Shown one piece after another: positions 10,658-21,825 of a stretch of 64,000 nt of DNA (position 1 is its first letter; each line of letters opens with the position of its first letter). The notes under the pieces are model-generated. The model was not told the DNA's origin and ran no database searches. It was given only the letters and a program-made list of their open reading frames with translations. The position numbers and the translations under genes were made by a program. The stretch is from an uncultured virus (IMG/VR IMGVR_UViG_3300008266_000126) (Duplodnaviria > Heunggongvirae > Uroviricota > Caudoviricetes). The stretch lies in the IMG/VR virus record IMGVR_UViG_3300008266_000126. One strand, written 5' to 3'.

Positions 10658-10894
10658 TTACTTTCTTTCTAAAATCTCTTTTAGCATTAACTTGATATCA
10701 CTTATATCTGATTTCAAGTTATCTACATCTTGTTTAATAGTATTTATTTCGTTTAGCTTCTTTTGGTTTTCAAGTCTAGCCATTCTAGCATTAATATAAG
10801 CGTCTTTACCGCTAGTATCTATGTTTATAATAGCACCTGGGTTATCTTTTTGACCAATAAATTTATCTACTTCTTTTAGTTCAACTCTATTCAT
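10658..10894 (-). CDS. Conserved small coiled-coil protein
   Basis: GAIINID..AY...EINTIKQDVDNLKSDISDIKLML. Confidence 0.65.
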   Translation of the reverse strand: MNRVELKEVDKFIGQKDNPGAIINIDTSGKDAYINARMARLENQKKLNEINTIKQDVDNLKSDISDIKLMLKEILERK

Positions 10895-10895
10895 A

Positions 10896-13880
10896 TTACA
10901 TCTGTAGTGCTATTGCTCTGACGTCACGCATAGTAGGAATGTTTACTGGGTTGCTTGATGTAAGAACAATTTTGATTGCAAATTTATTATAACGAAGGTG
11001 TTGACTTCCAGCTACATTAGTATAAGTTAATACACCTGTAGGATCAGTTCCTGTGGTTGCAGAATTAGCAAATGCAGAAGTAGAGTAAGCATTAGTGGAA
11101 GGTAATACGTAAATATATTCTCTGTAATCTTTTTCTGATTCGTTTTTAGCAGGTGAACTATACGCTGCACCTGAACTAATACCTCTGATAGTATCAAAAC
11201 TCAATTTAGTCCAAGTTTTTGAATCGAAAGATTCTGCATCTGTTGCTTCATTTAAGAACTTACCGTATACGGATATATCAGTTCCTACCGGACGATAACC
11301 AGTTACATAAACTCTTAGATCTTCAGAAGGTTCTGCAAGTTGAACAATCTTTGAAATGTATTTTGCTTGTGCATTACCATATCTAGTATATTCGTTTGTC
11401 TCATCATTATTAATCTTGTTTTGGATGTAATTGAACGTTCTAGTACCAAGATCAATAACTGGTGAGAGGTAAGGATTGTTAGTAACCAGATTAAGAGTAA
11501 ATGTAGCAGAACCGTTAGCCCCATAAGATGCAGCAGCTACTTCATTAGAATAACTTCTAATTACTCTTTCATAATCTGTATAATCAATCAGTCTTTCATT
11601 TACTGTAGGTACTGCAGTTGAATCATAAGCATATGAATATGTGCTGTTAGCTGTACCTAGATAGGTTTGAGTTATTTCTGTGCCTGCAGGTTCAAAATAA
11701 CTAAACTTAGGAACAAATCCATGGTAAATAGGATCATCAATTGTTACTATCTCAGCATTAGCTATTAAGTAACTGTTAGTAATGTAAGATGTGTTACTTG
11801 AATCTGGAGTTCTAAAGAATCTTATATTTTTATATGTTGTATTGCTAAAGAGTCCGTTTGAATCTTCTAGAAAAAATACACCAGTTACTTCATCAACCTT
11901 TTTAACTCTTGCAAACGGGTATATAGAATTGTTTGATGATAAAAACTGTGAAAGGTTAGATGCATTAGCTGCATAAACTAGGTCACCTGTCTGAATAGGT
12001 ACACCTGAGTTTATTCTGTATATGTTAGTAAGAGATAGGTATTCTTCTCTTGCATTTCTAAAGACAGCTGTACCTGTTAATGGAGAAAATTTAGCTCTAT
12101 AAAGATTAAATTTCATATCTTGTGACTGATAAGGAGTCCAAGATGAACCATCAGATGAAGCATAAATTATACCTGCGTAAGGTTGACGGGTAACAGCATA
12201 ACCTGTTAATACATCAGTACCACCAACATCAGAAATCCAAACTTCATAATCTGGATTATCCATTTCAGGAATTATATAGAAAAAGTATGGTCTATCTGAT
12301 TGTAAAAGAATAGGATATTCAAAAGTAAATACAGTTTCAGATGATGAGTCGTTACTAGTAGTAATCTGTGAAGATAGAAGACGTGCTCTACCATGTATTC
12401 TACTTACATCAGGAACACCTGCTACTGTTTCACAAACAACACAGGTTGCACCTAGCGTAGGGTGTTTTTTCTTAAAATATACACCAATTTGTGTTAAGTA
12501 AATACCACCAATACCTTCACTCGATACACCTGGAACTAAAAATGTTTGTCCTACAGGATCAGGTGGTCTATCACCTGGTCTGGCTCTATCATTCTCAGGT
12601 TGCGGTTGAAATCTAGTATTTGATGTAGACCAAGATGTAGTAGTTGTATTAGATACTGTAGTAGGAGTAAATGTTGGCTCTATAACATTAAATGATAAAT
12701 TTTGTTTAGTAACTGAGAGAGAATTACCTGTATAAATTGCTTCCGCTTTAGCGTAAACAGCATTTACTGCTTCATAACTATCTGCATTAAGTAATGTAAA
12801 GATTCTATCACCTGATCTAAATGTATTAGCAGGTATAGTAAATAATACTGCTATTCTACCGTAACTATCTGTTACTAATTCTGAATTAAGCGCACCATTC
12901 TGTTCAAGAATAGATGCTTCATTACCAGCGGAAATACCAGTGCACTTAGATGGATCTAATTGACCATCAGTAGCATAAACTGCCTTGACTGTAGCAGGTG
13001 CACAATGTACACTCACACTAACTTTATCAAAATAAGGATACATTCTGGTATTAGGTTTAAGACCTGTTGCATAAATTGCAACTGTTCTAGATCTTAAATA
13101 CGGTAAAAATGAAACGTCTTTAACAAATTCACCTAAATCTTGTTTAGTGCTATTACTACCTACTTTAATATCAGTAATAGTAGTTGTAGTTTTTTGAGTA
13201 AATGTTGTTGTAGTTGTAATATTAGTACCACCACCAGTACGGTTAGATGATGTACTAGTAGTGCTTTCTGGATTACCTTGAATAGAAGATATATCTTTAA
13301 ATGCACCAGCTGCAGCTGCATCTTTAAATGCGCCTGCAATATCGATATTAACTACCTGAGGTGCTTGTAAAGTAGTATCATTACCACTATCGAAAGCGGG
13401 AAATATACTTAGTTTACCATTAAATTTATAGAATGACTCTGTACAATTTCTATAAGTTGTAGCATAAGGGTTACCTTCTGTCTTTTCACTCGTATAATCG
13501 AGCATAAGAAGTCTTCCAGCTAATCTAATATTAGAGCTTGTTGATGTTTGTAAATCAAACTTATGATAGAGTTCATTAAAGTTAGGTCGAGCAATAGACT
13601 TTGATGAGTCTACTGCAAGGTTAAACTCAATATCATTTGATCTTGCAATAGAATCATCATTAAAAGGATCAGCAAAAATACCATCTTTAAAACGTTCAAA
13701 GTTGCCTGAGATATCTCTAATAGAAAGAGTTTTAGCATCTAGAGCAAGAGCATTAAGAACAGTGTAATATTCAATCTTTGCAATTCTTTCTTCTAAGGCA
13801 CCTATGTCTTTCATAGTGTAGCCTTTAGTATTTTTAGCAAGATTTACTTTTACTGCAAGATCTCTTCTATTATAAGTCAT
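10896..13880 (-). CDS. DUF4815/VrlC-like virion protein, C-terminal part
   Basis: YTMKDIGALEERIAKIEYYT, RFKDGIFADPF, DPVGQTF, DMKFNLYRAKF, FAIKIVL...P.MRDVRAIAL. Confidence 0.8.
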   Translation of the reverse strand: MTYNRRDLAVKVNLAKNTKGYTMKDIGALEERIAKIEYYTVLNALALDAKTLSIRDISGNFERFKDGIFADPFNDDSIARSNDIEFNLAVDSSKSIARPNFNELYHKFDLQTSTSSNIRLAGRLLMLDYTSEKTEGNPYATTYRNCTESFYKFNGKLSIFPAFDSGNDTTLQAPQVVNIDIAGAFKDAAAAGAFKDISSIQGNPESTTSTSSNRTGGGTNITTTTTFTQKTTTTITDIKVGSNSTKQDLGEFVKDVSFLPYLRSRTVAIYATGLKPNTRMYPYFDKVSVSVHCAPATVKAVYATDGQLDPSKCTGISAGNEASILEQNGALNSELVTDSYGRIAVLFTIPANTFRSGDRIFTLLNADSYEAVNAVYAKAEAIYTGNSLSVTKQNLSFNVIEPTFTPTTVSNTTTTSWSTSNTRFQPQPENDRARPGDRPPDPVGQTFLVPGVSSEGIGGIYLTQIGVYFKKKHPTLGATCVVCETVAGVPDVSRIHGRARLLSSQITTSNDSSSETVFTFEYPILLQSDRPYFFYIIPEMDNPDYEVWISDVGGTDVLTGYAVTRQPYAGIIYASSDGSSWTPYQSQDMKFNLYRAKFSPLTGTAVFRNAREEYLSLTNIYRINSGVPIQTGDLVYAANASNLSQFLSSNNSIYPFARVKKVDEVTGVFFLEDSNGLFSNTTYKNIRFFRTPDSSNTSYITNSYLIANAEIVTIDDPIYHGFVPKFSYFEPAGTEITQTYLGTANSTYSYAYDSTAVPTVNERLIDYTDYERVIRSYSNEVAAASYGANGSATFTLNLVTNNPYLSPVIDLGTRTFNYIQNKINNDETNEYTRYGNAQAKYISKIVQLAEPSEDLRVYVTGYRPVGTDISVYGKFLNEATDAESFDSKTWTKLSFDTIRGISSGAAYSSPAKNESEKDYREYIYVLPSTNAYSTSAFANSATTGTDPTGVLTYTNVAGSQHLRYNKFAIKIVLTSSNPVNIPTMRDVRAIALQM

Positions 13881-13883
13881 ATT

Positions 13884-16800
13884 TTATTCTGCTTCTTGGA
13901 ATGTAAGTGAAGGATATGGAGGTACTATAACATCCGCTATTTTAATACCTGCATTATTTATTGATGGTAATTTAGGATCGTTAGAAGGTATACCCTGTTT
14001 AACCAGAACATTTTCTTCTTTAGTAATAATAATTGAATCTATTCTAGGCAGATAATTCTCAACATTATAAGAGAAATTTGAATCTGGCTCTATTGATATA
14101 CCTGATACACCCCCTGTAACAAATGTGCTAAAATTATTTACAGGGTTAATGGTATACTGTCCAAATGTTGTATTACCTGAATTACTTACTGCAGTATTAG
14201 CAAATACCGGTCTAATATCTATATGATTTCTTAGATCATAAGTGTTTGTGGTGTCAGATATGAATAATGGTATCTCTGCAGTTGCAATTGCTGATGTATT
14301 TGCAGTATTAGCATCATCTAGTGGATAAGAATCTACAGAGAAGAAACCAGCTTGCGAAGAAGTAATATTTGCCTGGAAGTGATTAAGACTTACAAATATT
14401 CTTGATGCAGATGTGATGTTATTTTTGTATGCAGGTTTTAATACTAATTGTGCATGTTGATAGTGACTGTCTCTCTGTCCGTTATCTAAAACGAACCAGC
14501 CAGTTCTATCTTGATTAGTATTAGCAAAATTTGACCCCACCCATACATTATTAATTTTATAAACATCCGGAAGACCTAAATTCCACGGTCCAGTAGAACT
14601 AGCCCAGTGTGAAGCACAGTTAATAGCAACATATACATCTTTCTTAACAACTTTTTGTATAGGTGTCGCAGATGTTCTGGTAACTGGAACTTGCGCGGCA
14701 AGTGAATAAGTTGCTGCAGTGTTAGGATCAAAAGAAAGACTTACTGTTGCAGTTAATCTATCTGATGAGATTGTTAATGTATTACCAGAACCAGTAAAGT
14801 CAACTGGTGTACCTCTCTTAAAGAATAGAGATACGTTTGCACTTGAACCGGTAAACGGTGCAACTGATGTTACGTTAGGAGTAAGAGTGATACTGTTTGC
14901 ACTATTGATTGCAGTAACTGTGCAATATGCAGGACCACCAGCTCCAGCTGATGCAGGCCATAATACATAAAGACCAGAACCTACTCTAAGTTTAGAACTA
15001 ATATTAACCGATGTAGATGTCCATACTAGATTGGAGTGTGTGCCGTTTGAAACCCCGCCTATTGCAGCTCCTGTTGCAATTTCACTTGACCAAGTATTAG
15101 AGTTAAAATACATCATTGGTACTAATTCATTAGCATCAGATAATGTGCCTGCACCATAGAAATATTTGTCAGGTCCTGCTAATGTGAAAGCTGCTGTACC
15201 TTTACCTGCAGAACGTGTAATATTTTGAGTCTGAGTTGTTCTGTAAGTAAATGTAGTGTCGTTAACACCTGTATTATTAGTTAATCTTTTGACACCGTTA
15301 TAACCAGTAAAGTATATAAGTTTATTATTATTTGTATCGTTAATTTGTACTTGATTTTGTCCGTTTGCAACAATATCAGCATACACTCTACCATATGTAC
15401 CGTTCACATAAATGCTTTTTGCATTTGCAGCTAAAGATGAAGAAACGCCTGGTTTTGGTCTGTAGTTAAATATATAAACTCTATATTGTGCACTTGGAGT
15501 TCCTGGTGTGCCAGTTGAATATCTTACCGCTCTTACGTTAGCATTAGCAATAGCAACCGCACTGTATGAAGGTGCTCCTGAATAGCTTTGGTTGTTAGAT
15601 AGTGAATATTGATTTGCACTATAAATTTCTACTTCTGGGTTGTTAGAAATGTCAATAACACCAGAGAGATCATCTACTAAGAAATAATTACCATAATTAA
15701 ATGTTAGCGCTTGACTGTTAGCTGATTCAGTTGTAATTGCTCTATCTGCAACTACTTTACGAATCATACTACCACCTTGACGTGGAACTCTATAACCGTC
15801 AATATATGCTGCACCAGAAGAAATATTGTAATACATTTGTTCTGTATTAGAAGCATGAGCAGTAACATCAACATTAAATGGCTTAATTACATAATTGCCA
15901 GACTCTTCAAATGTTCTTGAAGCAATCATGTCACCAATAATACTATATTCTGGTTGTGTTTTTTGCTCTACAGTTCTACCATCATTAGAATCAAATTCAA
16001 GCACAGTAAGGAAACTATCTGGAATAGTTATACTATTATTGGTTGAATCATAATAAATTGGTTCTGGTACAAGTTTCAATCTATGTGCACCTGGTGCACT
16101 ATAATTTGGTGACCCGATCGAATTGTCATAAAGAGATGGATCTTCTTCTGGCTTTACAATATATTCTTTTGTATTAAACCCAACTTTAATACCAGCAGCA
16201 TTTGAACTATGCTCTTTAATAATAAAGTTTGCTTCTGTTGTATTAAGAAAGAAACCTTTTTGATATATAACACCTGGGTTAATATGTAAACCGTATCCTT
16301 CACCAAGAGCATTAACTGTGCTGTTAGATGAAAGTGTATAAATTACACCAATTTTATTTGCTGAATTTAATGGTCCAAGTTTATCTTGTGCATATGTATA
16401 GACGTCTACCTGTTCACTAGATGTACTAAATGTATCAACTTGTACACCACCTGTATTACCAGATGCAACGTAAACTACATAAGCTCTATTTGTATTATCA
16501 CTACCAGTATCTACAGCAGCTTCAGCACCGGTAAATGCCTGAAAAAGTGCAGCTCTAACCCCTGTAGTATTAGAAACTAGAAGATAGTTATTACTTCTTG
16601 CAGTTGATGTGTTTGCTAATGATTCACTTCCAACTGCTAATATACCAAAGTCAAGAGTTGATGTGTTGCTATCTTTAAACTTTACTTGTGCAATATTAGG
16701 AAATCTAACAAAACCGCAGCCTTGTATAATAGTACCATCTTTATAGATACTATCACCAAAACGAGAAACCTGTTTCTGTAATATTGTTTGAAGCTGGGTT

Positions 16801-16916
16801 AATTCTCTTGCTTGTACAGCAGTAGATGGGCGGAAAAGAATACGATAGTATTGATTACTTTCGTTGTAATCATCATAATAAGGAGAAACATTTAAGTTTG
16901 TTTGTAATTCAGCCAT
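13884..16916 (-). CDS. DUF4815/VrlC-like virion protein, N-terminal part
   Basis: TNLNVSPYYDDY...YYRILFRP..AVQARELTQLQTILQ.Q; APGAHRLK; RTFEESGNY. Confidence 0.85.
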   Translation of the reverse strand: MAELQTNLNVSPYYDDYNESNQYYRILFRPSTAVQARELTQLQTILQKQVSRFGDSIYKDGTIIQGCGFVRFPNIAQVKFKDSNTSTLDFGILAVGSESLANTSTARSNNYLLVSNTTGVRAALFQAFTGAEAAVDTGSDNTNRAYVVYVASGNTGGVQVDTFSTSSEQVDVYTYAQDKLGPLNSANKIGVIYTLSSNSTVNALGEGYGLHINPGVIYQKGFFLNTTEANFIIKEHSSNAAGIKVGFNTKEYIVKPEEDPSLYDNSIGSPNYSAPGAHRLKLVPEPIYYDSTNNSITIPDSFLTVLEFDSNDGRTVEQKTQPEYSIIGDMIASRTFEESGNYVIKPFNVDVTAHASNTEQMYYNISSGAAYIDGYRVPRQGGSMIRKVVADRAITTESANSQALTFNYGNYFLVDDLSGVIDISNNPEVEIYSANQYSLSNNQSYSGAPSYSAVAIANANVRAVRYSTGTPGTPSAQYRVYIFNYRPKPGVSSSLAANAKSIYVNGTYGRVYADIVANGQNQVQINDTNNNKLIYFTGYNGVKRLTNNTGVNDTTFTYRTTQTQNITRSAGKGTAAFTLAGPDKYFYGAGTLSDANELVPMMYFNSNTWSSEIATGAAIGGVSNGTHSNLVWTSTSVNISSKLRVGSGLYVLWPASAGAGGPAYCTVTAINSANSITLTPNVTSVAPFTGSSANVSLFFKRGTPVDFTGSGNTLTISSDRLTATVSLSFDPNTAATYSLAAQVPVTRTSATPIQKVVKKDVYVAINCASHWASSTGPWNLGLPDVYKINNVWVGSNFANTNQDRTGWFVLDNGQRDSHYQHAQLVLKPAYKNNITSASRIFVSLNHFQANITSSQAGFFSVDSYPLDDANTANTSAIATAEIPLFISDTTNTYDLRNHIDIRPVFANTAVSNSGNTTFGQYTINPVNNFSTFVTGGVSGISIEPDSNFSYNVENYLPRIDSIIITKEENVLVKQGIPSNDPKLPSINNAGIKIADVIVPPYPSLTFQEAE

Positions 16917-16925
16917 CGTATTCCC

Positions 16926-18434
16926 TTAAAAATTAAAATATAGCTTTACTTCTTCTGAAGTTATACCTGTTCTGTTGATAGGCTCTATATTATTGTAATA
17001 GAAAATTTCCCCAGAAAATGGTACTAAATCTTTATTATTTATAGAGGAAATTACAGCAGTTTTACCTGTACCTAAAGATTGAACAGTTTCACCAGCTATA
17101 AACGTACCCGATTCATTTAAAACGTAAATGTGTGTAGTGTTTGAATATAGTACTGTAGCAGTACCCTGTCTACCTAAACCTAATAAAGAATCTCCAGAAT
17201 TAATATCGCCTGTTTTACTACCAGATGCAAGAACAAAATTAGTCATCTGGTTAAATGTAGCACCTGTGTATAATTGAAGATTAGAAGATGCTTTTGGATT
17301 GTACATCAACGATACTTGTCTATACTTTGCCCATGATGGGAAATTATCCGTACCAGTTGTTTTAACTGATATACCTAAGATATCACTACCTAATTCTGAT
17401 ATAGGATCTGAACCATGGCCGTTTTGAGGTGATATAATAGTATAAGCAGTTGCATTACTACCGAAGTAAGAGTTGGATATTATAGAAACGTTAGCGTATG
17501 AATAGCTTAAACCCCTGTTAATAACTTCAATAGATTCTATCTTTGTAGTTGCTGTATTAACATGTGCGATTGCTTTTGCATTATAACCATCACCGGAAAA
17601 ATAAACATATGGAGCAATATAATATACTGAAGTAGAATCTAGATTAGGAATACTATCAACTGTAGTAACATATCTACCAGTAGAGTTTACTGTATAATTG
17701 GATATTACCGAGTATCCACCAGAACCGTTACCAGAGTAAATATATATTGCAGAGTTATTATATGCACCGCTTGTTGACGATGATGTAGCATTTGTTAAAA
17801 TAAATTGTGTATTGCTAAGAATAGAAACAAATGTACCGTTAGAAGAAATGTAGTTATTGCCGCCATTATCAACTATTACTACATGAATTGCACCTGATTC
17901 AGCAAATTGCTGTACGCTAACTGAAGGTACTATCGGTGCATAGGTATCAGTGCTAAATCTCTTATCGTTTACACTGTTGATTGTAAACATGTATTTCCAC
18001 TTATAACCGTCAGCGGTATCAAAATCACCGTTATTAATAGTTAAAGTTGGTTCTACTGTTGATGCTGTACCGTAATTATTAAAGAGACACTTATATACAC
18101 GGTTAGTAGAATTAATTACATAGAAATCTTTAGTATAAAGATCTTTGTCTAAATGTGAGTAATAATCGTAAACTGTATTTGCTGTCCAATTTACTTTTCT
18201 AAAGATATAAGCAAAATTAGTAGTTGAGTCTAACTTTTTACCAAATAAAGTTTCTCTACTAACATCATAGAAAGACTCTTTAATTGAGGTGTTAGGAAGG
18301 GGTGGGTTATTATCATCTGGCCACTCAAAGAATTTACCGAATGAAACATAATAATGAGAGTTGTTGCTTGCAGCATCTGCAATCAATTCTTCAATAAATT
18401 TATTCTTTATATTTTGATTAAAAGTACCAGTCAT
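16926..18434 (-). CDS. gp8: Baseplate wedge subunit gp8-like
   Basis: FYVINSTNRVYKCLFN, DGYKWKYMFTI, GHGSDPISELG; synteny with gp7, gp6 and gp25. Confidence 0.85.
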   Translation of the reverse strand: MTGTFNQNIKNKFIEELIADAASNNSHYYVSFGKFFEWPDDNNPPLPNTSIKESFYDVSRETLFGKKLDSTTNFAYIFRKVNWTANTVYDYYSHLDKDLYTKDFYVINSTNRVYKCLFNNYGTASTVEPTLTINNGDFDTADGYKWKYMFTINSVNDKRFSTDTYAPIVPSVSVQQFAESGAIHVVIVDNGGNNYISSNGTFVSILSNTQFILTNATSSSTSGAYNNSAIYIYSGNGSGGYSVISNYTVNSTGRYVTTVDSIPNLDSTSVYYIAPYVYFSGDGYNAKAIAHVNTATTKIESIEVINRGLSYSYANVSIISNSYFGSNATAYTIISPQNGHGSDPISELGSDILGISVKTTGTDNFPSWAKYRQVSLMYNPKASSNLQLYTGATFNQMTNFVLASGSKTGDINSGDSLLGLGRQGTATVLYSNTTHIYVLNESGTFIAGETVQSLGTGKTAVISSINNKDLVPFSGEIFYYNNIEPINRTGITSEEVKLYFNF

Positions 18435-20035
18435 TAAGTAGCCGTTACAGTTTCAGTTTTAATTGAAGGATTGAGAACTGTACTATCTATGATGACAGGA
18501 CGTCCAAATACTTCATTTCCTACAGGGTGCATTACTTGTTTTAATATATCAATATATTTATCAAGAGATTTTTCAATTTGAACTTCGTATGAGAAGTTCT
18601 GATAGTAGTAACTATCAGTCAAATACATATCAGAATTTAAAAATCCTCTGGTATCTAACCAGTTACCTTCTTCTGTGCCTACTGCACCAATGTTAATACT
18701 TAGAGTAGCTATACATTGACCATTTGAATTATTAGTAAATTCTAATTCTTCACCTTGAGTATTATAACCAAAACCTGAATTATAAAGTCTCACAGTATCT
18801 ACTACGCCGTTTCCAGTTGAAAGAGTGCCAGTAATTACTGCATTATTACCCCATATATTTCCAGAAGAATCTTTATATCCGTAACCTGTAACTCTGCTTT
18901 CATAAACTCTAATAGAAAGATCACCGTTATAATTGTGATCTCCAGAAGTAACCGCAGTTAGTTCAGATATTGTTCCTATAACTACCGTGTTGTTTGTAAG
19001 TGCGTTAGCAATAACTGATTGCGAGTTTGCAGAGTTTAAATTAGCTCCATAAGTTGTTGCTCCTATAAGAACACTTGCCATAGGACCAATTAAATTAGTA
19101 TTGTAAGTAAAGTTTGTAGTATTAGCTAATCTACCTATTTTAAACGATGCGCCTGTACCTGTAGTAGATGTGCCATTTGCAATAGAAATATTAGAATCTA
19201 AAGCATAACCGTAACCACCGTTTATAATTTTAAATGTAATATACCCTTTAGATCTTTCTGGATCTTTAATAGTACTAACTGAAAACTTCAATCCTTCACC
19301 GGTAGCATTTGCAGTTGATAAAATATCACTAAGTGCATGATTTTCAGTAGAATCAACCGCAGTAGCTGATATTGCCGATCCTTTAATAAGAGTTGCTTCA
19401 CTTATATCTAAACCATCATAAACGAGATATTCACCTATCTGAAAAGGTTGACCTGTAGGGCCGTCTTTTATATCATTAAGATAAAAAATATGTGCAACCT
19501 GGGTACCGAGATATATCTTAGCTGCATTAGTCACGTATGCAGTTGCACCAGATGTAGTACCAGTTACAGTTTTGTTATTATATGAATAGTTAGAATCTCT
19601 ATCTTCTACTTCAAAATACTTGTTGCTTACCCATACCCCGCCTGAGGCAATAAGCATGTTCTCTTGAGGAAGATATATTTGTGCTTCTACATTATAAAGC
19701 AATTTAAATAATAACTTAAGACCTTCTATAGAACCTTTAGCTCTATAAACATCTAGAATATGCTTTTGAAGTAATCTTTTGTTTGATAAAACACTTCTAG
19801 GAATACCTCTCATATACTTTGTAAGAAAATGTTCTAGATAAGCTTCTGCTGCTTCATCTATATCATTTGTTTCTAGAAGATTTCTTACTTTGTAAAGAGG
19901 ACCTTTACCAGCCTGATCATCCATCCACTCATAATAAGCTTTAATAAATTGAATAAAGTTTTCACCTTCTTCTTGATAGAAGGCTGGAAACTGTCTGCTT
20001 ACAAGTGGTGCGATCTTTTGAAGTTCTGTTATCAT
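18434..20035 (-). CDS. Baseplate wedge subunit gp7-like
   Basis: QFP.FY.EE...FI.FIKAYYEW, YRAKGS, DSYYYQNFSY, HPVG. Confidence 0.75.
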   Translation of the reverse strand: MITELQKIAPLVSRQFPAFYQEEGENFIQFIKAYYEWMDDQAGKGPLYKVRNLLETNDIDEAAEAYLEHFLTKYMRGIPRSVLSNKRLLQKHILDVYRAKGSIEGLKLLFKLLYNVEAQIYLPQENMLIASGGVWVSNKYFEVEDRDSNYSYNNKTVTGTTSGATAYVTNAAKIYLGTQVAHIFYLNDIKDGPTGQPFQIGEYLVYDGLDISEATLIKGSAISATAVDSTENHALSDILSTANATGEGLKFSVSTIKDPERSKGYITFKIINGGYGYALDSNISIANGTSTTGTGASFKIGRLANTTNFTYNTNLIGPMASVLIGATTYGANLNSANSQSVIANALTNNTVVIGTISELTAVTSGDHNYNGDLSIRVYESRVTGYGYKDSSGNIWGNNAVITGTLSTGNGVVDTVRLYNSGFGYNTQGEELEFTNNSNGQCIATLSINIGAVGTEEGNWLDTRGFLNSDMYLTDSYYYQNFSYEVQIEKSLDKYIDILKQVMHPVGNEVFGRPVIIDSTVLNPSIKTETVTAT

Positions 20036-21825
20036 TATTGTCTATAGATATTAACAGATACGTATACTTTATCGAAGTCAATTACTAAGTACTTATTATT
20101 TTGTACTATAATATCATCACTGCTTAGTGTAGCGTATATGTCTATATTATTTGTATAATCCCATGCATTAATATCAAAAGTAAGTTCACCTGTATCATAG
20201 TTAACCGAACCTACGTTAGATTCAAGGATGATCTGTCTCGTATCTGCAGTAAGATAGTAGATTCTTAAATTACCTTCACCATCATCTGTAAGTCTAGCAT
20301 CATAGTAAGTACCATCTCTATAGTACGTAAATAAACTACTTCTGATAACTTCTGTCTCGTTAACAGCATATGGTGTAGAAAATGGTCTGTAAATTGCATT
20401 TTCAAACGAGAAGTTCACTCGTGTAGATGAACCTTTAGTAGGTGTAATTTTATATACTGCACGTATATCAGTTTGATTGCTAATAATAGAAGTATCAGTG
20501 TTGTCTATTGCACTTACTAGTTTAGATAATCTTAAATCGCTACCAAAATCAGTAAGATTTGTATTGCTAAATTCTCTAATTTTAGTTACAACATCTGACT
20601 TTATCTGTGTAGCAGTCTTACTAGTCAATGATGGATTATATCTTACATCTGAAGTAATTTCAACATAAAGATATTCAGGATCAACAACTACCGGTTTAGT
20701 AGTAATATTTTTATCATTTAAGAATGATATAATATCATTTTTAAGCTCTGTTGATACTAAAGGTGATGTACCGTAAGGTATCATAGAAATAATAACTTTA
20801 CCATATTGTGGTGGGTTTGCATCTTCACCACCGTAAATATTAACTGTCTTAATTTGTGGATAGTTACCTACAATAAGATTAGTATAATCTTCTTTTGTAA
20901 CTGCTCTGTTTTGAGAAGTAAAATGTCTTGGTGCATTTAACTTAATTGCTTCTACTGTTTCTCTTTCTGAACCATCTACAGCAGCAATATTAGTAGTAAC
21001 AGTAACATTGTACAACCCATCAATTTTTGTTGATGATGTAAACGAAGATGCTTTATTACCTAATTCACCGTTAGTTGATCTGTATTTTACTTTTACTATA
21101 TTACCGTTTGCAAGTGCTTTACCTGATATACCATCACCAAATACTATTTCATATTGATTAGCAGCATAACCTTGTAAGAAATAAACTTCTGAATTTGAAT
21201 TTAGACCATAAAGGTTTTCTGCAAAGTTGTATACTGTATTAGTAGAATCTGTAGATGACTTAATAACAGTAACTTTAATACTATTAGTATCTGCATTATC
21301 AGAATTTAAAATATAACGAGTAGAACCGTTAACAGTAAAATATTCTGTTACATTTTTACCTTCATAAACATATACTGGATCACTTTGATAAGTTCCACCG
21401 TTATTAAGAACTACTATTGATTCATCTGTAGAGAAATCCAATGTAGTATTATCTACAGTAGTTTTAATAGTATAGTTTTCTGGTATAACAACATACCCTG
21501 GAAGAGCAGTCCCGGTATTAATACTAAATGTTACTTTTGCTTTTGCAGAAGTTCTAGATCTAGGAAGATAGTTTAATTCTTTTGCATGTGATATGACTGA
21601 GTTTCTAATCTGTGCAGAATCAAGAAACATTTCACTCCCTACCATATTAAGATAGAAAGAGTTCATATAAGTGTTATATGAAAGTATATCTAACAATGCA
21701 TTAAGGTTAGAACCTTCAAAATCGTAATCTTGAAATTCTGTTTTTGCCTGTAAGAAAGATTTGAGGTTACTTTTAATACCATCAAAACTTATTTCAGAAA
21801 CATCAAGAAATCCTGTATTAGCCAT
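20035..21825 (-). CDS. gp6: Baseplate wedge subunit gp6
   Basis: FDGIK.NLK.FL...FQDYDFEGSNL..LLDILSYNTY; QNRAVTKEDY. Confidence 0.95.
   Translation of the reverse strand: MANTGFLDVSEISFDGIKSNLKSFLQAKTEFQDYDFEGSNLNALLDILSYNTYMNSFYLNMVGSEMFLDSAQIRNSVISHAKELNYLPRSRTSAKAKVTFSINTGTALPGYVVIPENYTIKTTVDNTTLDFSTDESIVVLNNGGTYQSDPVYVYEGKNVTEYFTVNGSTRYILNSDNADTNSIKVTVIKSSTDSTNTVYNFAENLYGLNSNSEVYFLQGYAANQYEIVFGDGISGKALANGNIVKVKYRSTNGELGNKASSFTSSTKIDGLYNVTVTTNIAAVDGSERETVEAIKLNAPRHFTSQNRAVTKEDYTNLIVGNYPQIKTVNIYGGEDANPPQYGKVIISMIPYGTSPLVSTELKNDIISFLNDKNITTKPVVVDPEYLYVEITSDVRYNPSLTSKTATQIKSDVVTKIREFSNTNLTDFGSDLRLSKLVSAIDNTDTSIISNQTDIRAVYKITPTKGSSTRVNFSFENAIYRPFSTPYAVNETEVIRSSLFTYYRDGTYYDARLTDDGEGNLRIYYLTADTRQIILESNVGSVNYDTGELTFDINAWDYTNNIDIYATLSSDDIIVQNNKYLVIDFDKVYVSVNIYRQ

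Noticed and set aside
13881..13886. Genome-wide stop-codon reassignment
   Set aside because: TAA is the normal stop throughout and other genes are full length under the standard code. The in-frame stop is an isolated case.
1..16916. Diversity-generating retroelement or invertible cassette acting on the fibre genes
   Set aside because: No reverse transcriptase, invertase or template/variable repeat pair was seen.
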